DNA from: Gemmatimonadales bacterium
GTDB lineage: Bacteria; Gemmatimonadota; Gemmatimonadetes; Gemmatimonadales; GWC2-71-9
Length of the DNA: 36,815 nt
Direction of reading: 5' to 3'
Assembly (NCBI GenBank): GCA_044221825.1
Contig: JBGAOL010000001.1
Span: 1 to 36,815 of the forward strand
This document shows positions 14,025 to 24,721 of this stretch, in pieces. Position 1 is the stretch's first letter. Each line of letters starts with the position of its first letter. The notes under the pieces are model-generated. The model did no database searches. It was not told the DNA's origin and saw only the letters and a program-made list of their open reading frames with translations. A program made the position numbers and the translations under genes.

Positions 14025-14909
14025 ATGTGGGGCTTCATCACGGGACTGTTCAGCCTGCTGCTCTGGATCGGCCTGCCGCTGCTGGCGTTCGCGGCGTGGA
14101 CGTACAACAAGCTGCAGAAGCAGGCGCAGGAGGTGCGCGAGGCCACCTCGAACGTGCAGGTGGCGGTGGCCAAGAAGCTCAACCTGGTCAACCAGCTCGG
14201 GGACATCGTGAAGAACTTCCAGGCCAGCGAGCAGTTCACCCACCTCAAGCTGGCGCAGGACAACAACTCGGCGGCCATCGCGGTGGCCTATGCCCAGTCG
14301 GGCGCGGTGCTGAGCTCCCTGATGGGCGCCGCCGAGCGCTCGCCCGAGTTCAAGGCCAGCGAGCAGTACCACCGGCTGGTGGACAGCATCCAGCACTGCG
14401 AGCTGGACATCCAGCACGCGCGCACCACGCTCAACACCGCGGTGAAGCACTACAACAATGCCTACCTGGCGTTCCCGACCGTCCTGCTGGCGCCGGTGCT
14501 GGGCTTCTCCAAGGCGCCCTACCTCGAGTTCGACGTGAGCGGGAACGTGGACGCCACGGCGCTCAAGAGCTTCCAGACGGACGACGGGGAGCGGCTCAAG
14601 CAGCTGCTGGCGGGCGCGGGTGGCTCGCTGGCCGGCGCCACGCGGACGCTGGCGGGGGCGGCGGGCCAGGCGGGGAAGCTGCTGGCGGTGCAGGCGGGGA
14701 ACGCGGGGAAGCTGATCGCCGCCAAGGCGGCGGAGCGCGGCGGCACCAGCTACTTCTACCTGCCGCGTGGCGGGGTGCCCCGCGGGCCGGTGCCGCTGCC
14801 CACGGTGCGGGAACTCATCCAGCGCGGGGAACTCGAGGCCGACGTCATGGTGGCGCGCGCCGGCTCGGAGGAGTGGCAGCCCGTGTCCGCGCTGCCGCAG
14901 GACGCCTGA
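14025..14909 (+). CDS. LemA-family membrane protein fused to a C-terminal GYF_2 (DUF4339)-like domain
   Basis: Track ORF of 294 aa. N-terminal helix plus LemA-like core (WTYNKLQKQAQEV.., ..PEFKASEQYHRLVDSIQHCELDIQHARTTLNTAVKHYNNAYLAFPTVLLAPVLGF). An Ala/Gly-rich linker follows. The C-terminus is YFYLPRGGVPRGPVPLPTVRELIQRGELEADVMVARAGSEEWQPVSALP. Confidence 0.7.
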   Translation: MWGFITGLFSLLLWIGLPLLAFAAWTYNKLQKQAQEVREATSNVQVAVAKKLNLVNQLGDIVKNFQASEQFTHLKLAQDNNSAAIAVAYAQSGAVLSSLMGAAERSPEFKASEQYHRLVDSIQHCELDIQHARTTLNTAVKHYNNAYLAFPTVLLAPVLGFSKAPYLEFDVSGNVDATALKSFQTDDGERLKQLLAGAGGSLAGATRTLAGAAGQAGKLLAVQAGNAGKLIAAKAAERGGTSYFYLPRGGVPRGPVPLPTVRELIQRGELEADVMVARAGSEEWQPVSALPQDA

Positions 14910-14930
14910 CGACGGAGGCCCGCCGGGGCG

Positions 14931-15623
14931 TCAGCGCACCAGTTCCGCGGTGGCGCCGCCGGCGGGTTGCAGCAGGACGGTGTTGAAGAAGGGGCTCGGG
15001 GCGCCCTGCAGCGCCGTGAGCAGGCCCTCGAGGCTCGTGACCTCGATAGCCAGCGTGGCGGGCGTGCCGACCTGCGCCTGCGTCTGCTGCCGCAGGGCCA
15101 GGACCTCGCCGAAGCCCAGGAAGGCCGGAATCACCTGGTGGCCATTCACCGTGATGGTGACGTACCCCAGCGCGTCGGAGCGGAGCAGGAACACCGGCGT
15201 GCCCTGCACCGCGGCCTTCCCCTGGCGCCGCAACTCGTCGTTGGCCGCCAGCACCTGTTCGGGATCCGGCACGAAGGTGATCTCGTAGCCGCCGGCCGCG
15301 GGCCGCTGCCGCAGCACGTCACTCAGCGTCGGCGAGTCGAGGCGGAGCTGGGACGCCACCGTGGCGTTCTGGGCCTTCACCCCGGCCAGGAAGCTCTCCG
15401 CCTGGGCACGCCGCAGGAACAGCACCACCGTGGGCCGGCCGTTGGGCGGGGTGCTCACGAGGAGATTGCCGCCGGCATTGATGTGGGTGAAGACCGGCAG
15501 GGTCTCCGTGGCACGGAAGAGATTGGCCGGGGAGCCCCCCTGGGCCACGAGGGCGGGAGCGCCCAGCACGAGGGCCAGGAGTAAGGCGGCAGCCGAGGCG
15601 GGGCGACGGGGCACGGCGGGCAT
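14931..15623 (-). CDS. Secreted Tic22-like protein (tentative)
   Basis: The track ORF 14931-15941 was trimmed to the ATG at 15623, giving 230 aa with a signal peptide (MPAVPRRPASAAALLLALVLGAPALVAQG). Two half-domains resemble Tic22: LPVFTHINAGGNLLV..VVLFLRRAQAESFL..YEITFVPDPEQV and TPVFLLRSDALGYVTITVNGHQVIPAFLGFGEV. There is no obvious Shine-Dalgarno site, so the start is uncertain. Confidence 0.5.
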   Translation of the reverse strand: MPAVPRRPASAAALLLALVLGAPALVAQGGSPANLFRATETLPVFTHINAGGNLLVSTPPNGRPTVVLFLRRAQAESFLAGVKAQNATVASQLRLDSPTLSDVLRQRPAAGGYEITFVPDPEQVLAANDELRRQGKAAVQGTPVFLLRSDALGYVTITVNGHQVIPAFLGFGEVLALRQQTQAQVGTPATLAIEVTSLEGLLTALQGAPSPFFNTVLLQPAGGATAELVR

Positions 15624-15721
15624 CCGGGATCGAGTCGGGGACGCGCGTTCACCGGGATGGCGACGCGTCACTCGCCGGAAAAGTAGCGGACCCGCCCGGA
15701 GGTGGGAGGGCACGCACGGGG

Positions 15722-17353
15722 TCAGCCGCCTCCGCCGCCCTCGCGCCAGCGTTCGAGGGACTCGACACGCGCCTCGAGCCGCGCCAGCCGGTCGGACTCG
15801 GCACGCAGCGGGGAGGCCGGCGGCGAAGCCGGTGTCACCCGGACCGGGGAGACAGGCGGCGGGGTGAGGTGCGGACCGCCGGCCGGCGTCACGCCACGGG
15901 CGGCCAGTCGGAGGAAAAGGCGCCCCGGCAGCCCCATCCACACCACCCGGAAGAGCCGCTCGCCGATGCCGGGGCGGAACGGGCTGCGCATCAGGCCGAT
16001 CATCGAGATGCCGATCATGACCACGGCCGACAGCAACATCACCACATACGGGCGGGGCACCGTGAAGTGGTTGGGACCGTTCGGTACCCGTGCCTGCAGG
16101 ACCACCCAGATCATCAACACACCCATGGCGGTCAGGCTGCCGAAGGTGATCACCGTCCTCCGCCGTCGCGCCACCACCTGCGGCAGCGACCGCAAGCGCG
16201 CCCGCTCCTCCTCGCGTTCGCTCAGCACGCGCCCGAACCCGGCCAGGATCTCTGCCGGCAGGAAGCCGGCCTCCACCACGCGCCGGGCGGCACCCATGGT
16301 CATCGCCAGCCGTCCCCAGAGCACCGCGAGCAGGAAGATCCCCGGCAGCGCGATGTCGATGTTGTCAGGCCCCCGCTGCGCCGTGCCGCCCTGCCACATC
16401 GTGATAATGATCAGCAGGAAGACGGCCACGAGGCCGAGTTGTCCCAGGTCCTGCGCCAGCAGCCGCACCGGGAGCGCCACCTCGGGTGCCGAGAGCTGCG
16501 CCGACTCGAGGGCCTCCACCAGCGCCTCGGCCGAGGCGAAGCGATCGCCGGGTTCCTTCCGCAGCTGCCGGTCGCTGCCATCCGCGCGCGGGGGTGGCAG
16601 GTCGGGGCGGCGCAGCGCCACCGACGGCACGGCCTCGGTGAGCTGGCGGACGAGGATCTTCTGCGTGGTGTCACCGCTGATGGCCAGCTGGCCCGTCACC
16701 GCGAACCAGGCCACGAGTCCGAGCGAATAGAGGTCGCTCCGCCCGTCCACCGTGTCGCCGGAGGCCTGCTCGGGGCTCATGAACTCCGGCGTGCCCACCA
16801 CCTCGCCCACCCGGGTGAGGCCGGGGGCGGCGGCGGCGCCCGGCGCCGCGATGCTGCGCGAGATGCCGAAGTCGGTGACCAGGGCGCGGCCGGTGGCGCG
16901 GTCCAGCAGGATGTTGTCCGGCTTGATGTCGCGGTGCACCACCCCGCGGCCATGCGCGTACGCCAGCGCCCACGCCACGTCCTGCAGCAGCCGCACCGCC
17001 TCCTTGGTGCCGAGCGGCCCGGTCCGCGCCACCCGCGCACCGAGGGACTCGCCCTCCACGTACCCCATGGCGAAGGCCAGGAGCCCGTCCTGCTCCTCCA
17101 CGCCGTAGACCGGGACGATGTTGGGATGGGAGAAGCTGGCGGCGGTGCGGGTCTCGCGCAGGAACCGCTCCCGCAGTTCCGGCTGGGTGGCGAGGTCGGG
17201 CGGGAGGACCTTGATGGCCACGGGACGGTCGAGCCGCCGCTCGCGCGCGAGGTACACCGCGCCCATCCCGCCCCGTCCCAGCTGGCGCAGGATCTCGTAG
17301 CGCTCGCCGAGGCGGGCGCGGAGGTCGGGGAGGGAGTCGGCGGGGGCGGTCAT
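15722..17353 (-). CDS. Ser/Thr protein kinase (STK3) with a C-terminal four-helix membrane module and a short coiled-coil tail
   Basis: The track ORF 15722-17935 was trimmed to the ATG at 17353, giving 543 aa. Kinase motifs [40 protein letters not shown]. The kinase domain is clearly paralogous to STK1. About four hydrophobic helices follow, and the tail is [28 protein letters not shown]. Confidence 0.85.
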   Translation of the reverse strand: [543 protein letters not shown]

Positions 17354-17394
17354 GGGTCGAACATATCCCGCCGCCGGCCGGTCCGCGAGCGTCC

Positions 17395-20259
<2,865 letters not shown>

Positions 20260-20344
20260 AAGACGGGAAACGTACCGGCACCGGGCATCACGCTTCAACC
20301 CCGGGCCCGTGGCGGGCGCCCGGGAACCTCCCCCGGCAGCGGGG

Positions 20345-20742
20345 TCAGCCGCCCGAAAGGCGGGCCAGCGCCACGATGATGAACAGCACCACCGGCCAGT
20401 GGCCGAGGATGCAGCGCACCGCGTTCCGCACCGCGTACCCGGCCACCAGCCACACCCCATGCCCGGGACCCGATCCCGGCGCCGATGGCCATCAGGTAGA
20501 GGGGAATGTTGAGCGGCCCGAGGCGTTCGGTGGGCACCACCCGGGCGAAGATCATCAGGGTCAGCGCGATGCCGAGCGCGCTCAGGACGAAGACGATCAC
20601 CCGGCCCGACGGTGAGCTGGGCCCGCTTGCGCACGTCGAGCTCCTGCTCCAGGCGCAGCCGGTCCTCGAGGCGCGCCAGCTCCACGTCCGAGAGCTGGTC
20701 CAGCTCGTCCTCGTTCACGTAGAACTCGGTGAGGCCGAACAC
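20345..20742 (-). pseudogene. Small membrane protein gene readable only across three frames (2 frameshifts)
   Basis: The GTG at 20742 is preceded by GGGAGGG and lies directly after the upstream stop. Frame A: [46 protein letters not shown]. Near 20600 it continues in frame B: [45 protein letters not shown]. Near 20465 it continues in frame C: [39 protein letters not shown], ending at the stop at 20345-20347. Both junctions lie in G/C runs. Confidence 0.55.
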
Positions 20743-20743
20743 C

Positions 20744-21485
20744 TCAGGGCCCTCCCTGCACGCACAGCACCACCTTCACCTCGGTGTCGCGATAGCCGCC
20801 GCTCGAGCCCACCGAGGGCCGCCGGCCGTCCCCGATCTGGATGGCGCTCCCGGCCGGCCGCCCAGACCGACACCGGCCGCTCCAGCGTCGGCCAGCTGGA
20901 GAGGGTCGGCAGGTTGCCCAGTCGCCGGGCAGGCCCCAGCCGGGGCCCAGTTCGCGGCACCAGGCCTCGGCCTCGCGGTACGTGCCCTTCACCAGGAGTG
21001 AGTCGGTGATCAGGAGTTGCCAGTCGGCGCCGGACGCCTGGGCGGGGTCCACCACGATGCCGCGGGCCCGGTTCCTCCGGTCGAGGCCGCGTTCTGCTCC
21101 GCGAGGAAGTCGCCGCCTGCCCCCGAAGGCCTCGCGCGATGCCGGAGTTGGGCCCCAGCAGCGCCACCAGGGTGCCGAGCAGCAGCACCACCACCAGTAC
21201 GGATGTCCCGGCCTGGAAGCCGCGATGCACCTGGGCCTGCACCCGCGCCCACACCGTCCCGAACGCCATGTCCGCCGCCCCGATGGCCAGGGCGGTGAGC
21301 GTCACCCCGATCGGCCCCGACGGCAGCACCCGCTGCGCCAGCCCGCCCACCACCCCCATCAGCACCAGGCGGAGCACCAGGCGGGTGAGGTTGGTGGCCG
21401 AGAAGATGCCGATGCGCCGCTCGGGGTGGCGGCGCTCGTCGAGCAGCACACGGATCCGCTCCAGGCGGGCGGCGCGGTCGATCAT
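20744..21485 (-). pseudogene. Membrane protein with an extracytoplasmic DUF1566 (Lcl C-terminal)-like domain, disrupted by at least 4 frameshifts
   Basis: From the ATG at 21485: MIDRAARLERIRVLLDERRHPERRIGIFSATNLTRLVLRLVLMGVVGG..SVLVVVLLLGTLVALLGPNSGIARGL. The reading then hops frames near 21120 (..DFLAEQNAASTGGTGPAA) and near 21065 (IVVDPAQASGADWQLLITDSLLVKGTYREAEAWCRELGPGWGLPGDW). It hops again near 20918 (NLPTLSSWPTLERPVSVWAAG) and near 20855 ([36 protein letters not shown]-stop). Confidence 0.55.
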
Positions 21486-21647
21486 GGACTCGGGGTGTGG
21501 GGAACGAACGGCGCACGGCGCCGGGACAGAATTGTACACCAGACCCGGCGATCGGCGCGCCCCGGGGCGCACCCCCGTGGCGCGGGGCACGTCCCTGCTA
21601 TTATTCAGGCCACCCGTCGTCCCCATTGTCCCGCACCCGTGAGGCCG

Positions 21648-22435
21648 ATGTCCACCTACCGCTCCCGCGCCACGAGCAGCGAGTCCATGCTGGACGAGCT
21701 GTTCGGGACCTACGGGCTCGAGGGGGACCTGCCGCCCGCGGAACCGGACCCCGGCTTCCCGCTCCGCCCATTCGCGGCGGCCATGCCGATGGACGACCTC
21801 ACGGTCACCGAGCCCCGCACCGACGAGAGTCCTGCCGAACGCCTCTTTCGCCGCGCCATGGAGGCGGCGAGCCGGGGCCGCGCCAGCTAGGCCATCCATC
21901 GCTATCGCGAGCTGCTCCAGCTCGACCCGTCGCACGTCTCGGCGCGCAACAACCTCTCCCAGCTGCTCGACACCACCGGCGACCCGGAGGAGGCCTGGAG
22001 CAGCTCACCGCCGCGCTCCGCGTCACCCCGGACGACGTGCACCTGCTGGTGTCCCGCGGCGCCATCAACGGCCGCCTCAAGCGCTACACCGAGGCCGAAG
22101 GCGACCTGCGGAAGGCCCTGCGCCTCTCGCCCGAGAACATGAACGCGCACCTGACGCTCGGCATGGTGCTCTGGCGGAAGGGCATGGCCATGCCGGCGGC
22201 CGAGGCGCTCCGCAAGGCCATCACTCGAACCACCCACGCCGGTGCCCACTATTACTGGCGCGAGGCCCCGAACCGTGCCGGGGACTACCGGAACGCGCGC
22301 GCCGCGCTGGAGCGCGCCTGAGCTCGCGCCCGCCCAGGCCGACCTCCGCCTCTCGGCCGTGTGCTCGACCGCCTGAAGCTGCCGGACGAGGCGCAGGTCA
22401 TGTACCGCCGCGCCCGCGACGCGGGCGGCACCTGA
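21648..22435 (+). pseudogene. TPR-repeat protein gene with an in-frame TAG and several frameshifts
   Basis: From the ATG at 21648: MSTYRS..PAERLFRRAMEAASRGRAS, then TAG (21888-21890). The same frame continues AIHRYRELLQLDPSHVSARNNLSQLLDTTGDPEEA. A shift near 21995 gives EQLTAALRVTPDDVHLLVSRGAINGRLKRYTEAEGDLRKALRLSPENMNAHLTLGMVLWRKGMAMPAAEALRKAI... Further shifts near 22320-22370 give ELAPAQADLRLS and then LGRVLDRLKLPDEAQVMYRRARDAGGT-stop (22433-22435). Confidence 0.55.
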
Positions 22436-22469
22436 CCCCCGCCGCCGCCGCCGTCCCCCCCGCGCCGCG

Positions 22470-23967
22470 ATGACCCGACGCACCCTCGCCGTGCTCATCC
22501 TCACCGTCTGGGTGGGGTCCCTCGGCTGGCTGGCGCAGCGCCAGCTGGCCGGGCGCACGCCGGAGGAGGAGAACAGCCGCTGGCCGGTGCCGCCTGGCGC
22601 CGCCTTCCACGCCGTGCGCCTCGGTGAGCGCCAGGTGGGCTTTGCCTCACTGACGGTGGACACGGTGCCCGAGGGCCTCAAGGTCACCGAGCTCGTCACC
22701 CTGGACCTGCCGTCGGCCGAGACCGCGCCCGGCGGCGGGTGAGCCGCCGCACCGAGGCGCTCTACACCCGGGGGCTTCAGCTGAGCAGCTGGTCCGCCGA
22801 TGAACTGAGTGAGGCGGGCCGGCGCACCCTGGCCGGCACCGTCACGGCCGACACCCTGCTCACGGTGGTGGCCAGCGAGGGAACGGCGGTGGTGGAAACC
22901 CTGGTGGTGGCACTTCGGCGGCCGGTGGTGCTGCCAGGGGCGGAGGGGCTCGTGGCCGCCTCGCGGGGGCTGCCCCGTCCGGGCAGCCACCTGAACATCG
23001 AGGTGTACGACCCGTTCGCCGCCGAGGTGCGCCTCCGCGCCTCACCGTGGCGCGCGACTCCCTCTTCGTGGTGCCCGACAGCGCCGAGTTCAACACCACG
23101 CTCGGCCGCTGGCGCGTGGCGCACAGCGACACCGTGCGCGCCTGGCGGCTCGACGGGAACGAAGGCGGCCTCCCCCTGGCCCGGTGGGTGGACGGGACCG
23201 GCATGACCGTGCGCCTGGAACACGCCCTCGGCGCCACCTACGAGCGCTCGGCGTTCGAGCTGGTGAGCACCAACTTCCGCGCCGGCCCCGCGCCGGTGTG
23301 GGACACGAGCGCCATCGCGCCCAGCTATAGCCTGACGGACGCCTCGCCCGCCCAGGCGTCCCCTTGGCGCGGTGCTGGCGCTGGTCCCGCCGGCGGTGCT
23401 GCCGGACAGCCTTCCCGCGCTCCAGGGCGGCTGGCAGCAGCGCCGGGGCGACACGCTCCTCGTGGCGCGGCCCGCCGACAGTGCCGCGACCGGCCCCGCC
23501 CCGGACGATCCGGCCGCGCCTCCCCTGCCGTCGCTCGACACGGCGCTCGCCGCCCCCGCTGCTCGCCGCCATCCCGCCGGCCGCCGGGGCCGAGGCGGCG
23601 GCCCGCGCGCTCGCGGCGTGGGTGCACACCCGTGACAGAGCGCGCCGGGCGCTACCAGCGTCCCGCGCGCTGGTGCTGGCCGCGCGCCAGGGCACGGCGC
23701 AGGAGCAGGTCGAGTTGCTCGTGGCGCTGCTCCGCGCGGCGGACCTCCCCGCCCGGCGCGTCTGGGGCCTGGTCCGCGCCGGGGGCCGCTGGGAACGCCG
23801 GCTGGGCGGAAGCCTGGACCGGCACCTGGCGCCCGCTGGACCCGACCCTCACCCCGGGCGACCCCGTGGCCCGCCTCCGCCTCGCCACCGGGGGCGAGGC
23901 CCGCTTCCTCGACCTGGCGCTCCGCGCCGGACGGCTTCGCCTGACGGCGCTCCATGAGACCCCATGA
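22470..23967 (+). pseudogene. Transglutaminase-like (probably catalytically inactive) membrane-anchored protein gene with 5 frameshifts
   Basis: N-terminal helix MTRRTLAVLILTVWVGSLGWLA. The reading frame hops near 22738, 23040, 23361, 23555 and 23792. The reconstructed C-terminal part is ..AAWVHTRDRARRALPASRALVLAARQGTAQEQVELLVALLRAADLPARRVWGLVRAGGRW-NAGWAEAWTGTWRPLDPTL... This is the transglutaminase-core pattern (G.C....L.vALlRa.giPAR.v.G....HAW.E.....W...DPT), but with the Cys and His positions substituted. The stop overlaps the ABC ATPase start (ATGA at 23964-23967). Confidence 0.55.
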
Positions 23968-24719
23968 TCCGCCTGACCAAGCTCACCAAGCGCTACGGCA
24001 AGTTCACCGCCGTGGACGGGATCGACCTCGAGATCCGGAAGGGCGAGCTCTTCGGCTTCCTCGGACCCAATGGCGCCGGCAAGACGACGACGATGCGCAT
24101 GATCGCCGGCATCCTGCAGCCCACCTCCGGCACCATCGAGATCGCCGGCGACAACCTGGCCGCCGACCCGCTCAAGGCCAAGCAGCGCCTCGGCTTCATC
24201 CCGGACCGGCCGTATGTCTACGACAAGCTGACGGGCGCCGAGTTCCTGCGCTTCGTGGCGGCGCTCTACGGGCAGGACGGCGAGGCGGTGGAGCGGCGCA
24301 TGGAGGAATTGCTCGACCTCTTCGAGCTGCTCCCCTGGAAGGACGAGCTGGTGGAGAGCTACAGCCACGGCATGCGGCAGAAGCTCATCATCTCGAGCGC
24401 CCTGCTCCACCGCCCCGAGGTCATCGTCGTCGACGAGCCGATGGTGGGCCTGGACCCCAAGGGCCAGCGGTTCCTCAAGGAGCTCTTCCGCGCCTTCGTG
24501 GATCGCGGCGGCACCGTGCTCATGAGCACCCACACCCTCGACACCGTCGAGGAGATGTGCGACCGCATCGGCATCATCGTCGGCGGGAAGATCCTGGCCT
24601 GCGGCACCATGGCCGAGGTCCGGCAGCAGACGGCCGGCGGCGACGCCAAGCTCGAGGAGCTCTTCCTCAAGCTCACCGGCGGCGTCATCGACCGCGAGAT
24701 GGACCTGATCCTGGACTGA
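23964..24719 (+). CDS. ABC transporter ATP-binding protein
   Basis: Track ORF of 251 aa. Walker A GPNGAGKTT, Q-loop, signature-like YSHGMRQK, Walker B VIVVDEPMVGLD, H-loop MSTHTL. Confidence 0.9.
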   Translation: MIRLTKLTKRYGKFTAVDGIDLEIRKGELFGFLGPNGAGKTTTMRMIAGILQPTSGTIEIAGDNLAADPLKAKQRLGFIPDRPYVYDKLTGAEFLRFVAALYGQDGEAVERRMEELLDLFELLPWKDELVESYSHGMRQKLIISSALLHRPEVIVVDEPMVGLDPKGQRFLKELFRAFVDRGGTVLMSTHTLDTVEEMCDRIGIIVGGKILACGTMAEVRQQTAGGDAKLEELFLKLTGGVIDREMDLILD

Positions 24720-24721
24720 CC

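Noticed and set aside
20260-20742. 161-aa N-terminal extension of the uvrA ORF in the track
   Set aside because: UvrA proteins start at MAQ..L.V.GA.EHNLK, which here is the ATG at 20259. The extension is partly the first frame of a separate, frameshifted small membrane protein gene.
21557-21570. 14-bp perfect palindrome gcgccccggggcgc in the 21486-21647 divergent spacer
   Set aside because: Pure G/C palindromes of this length are expected fairly often by chance at this base composition. There is no second copy or flanking structure.
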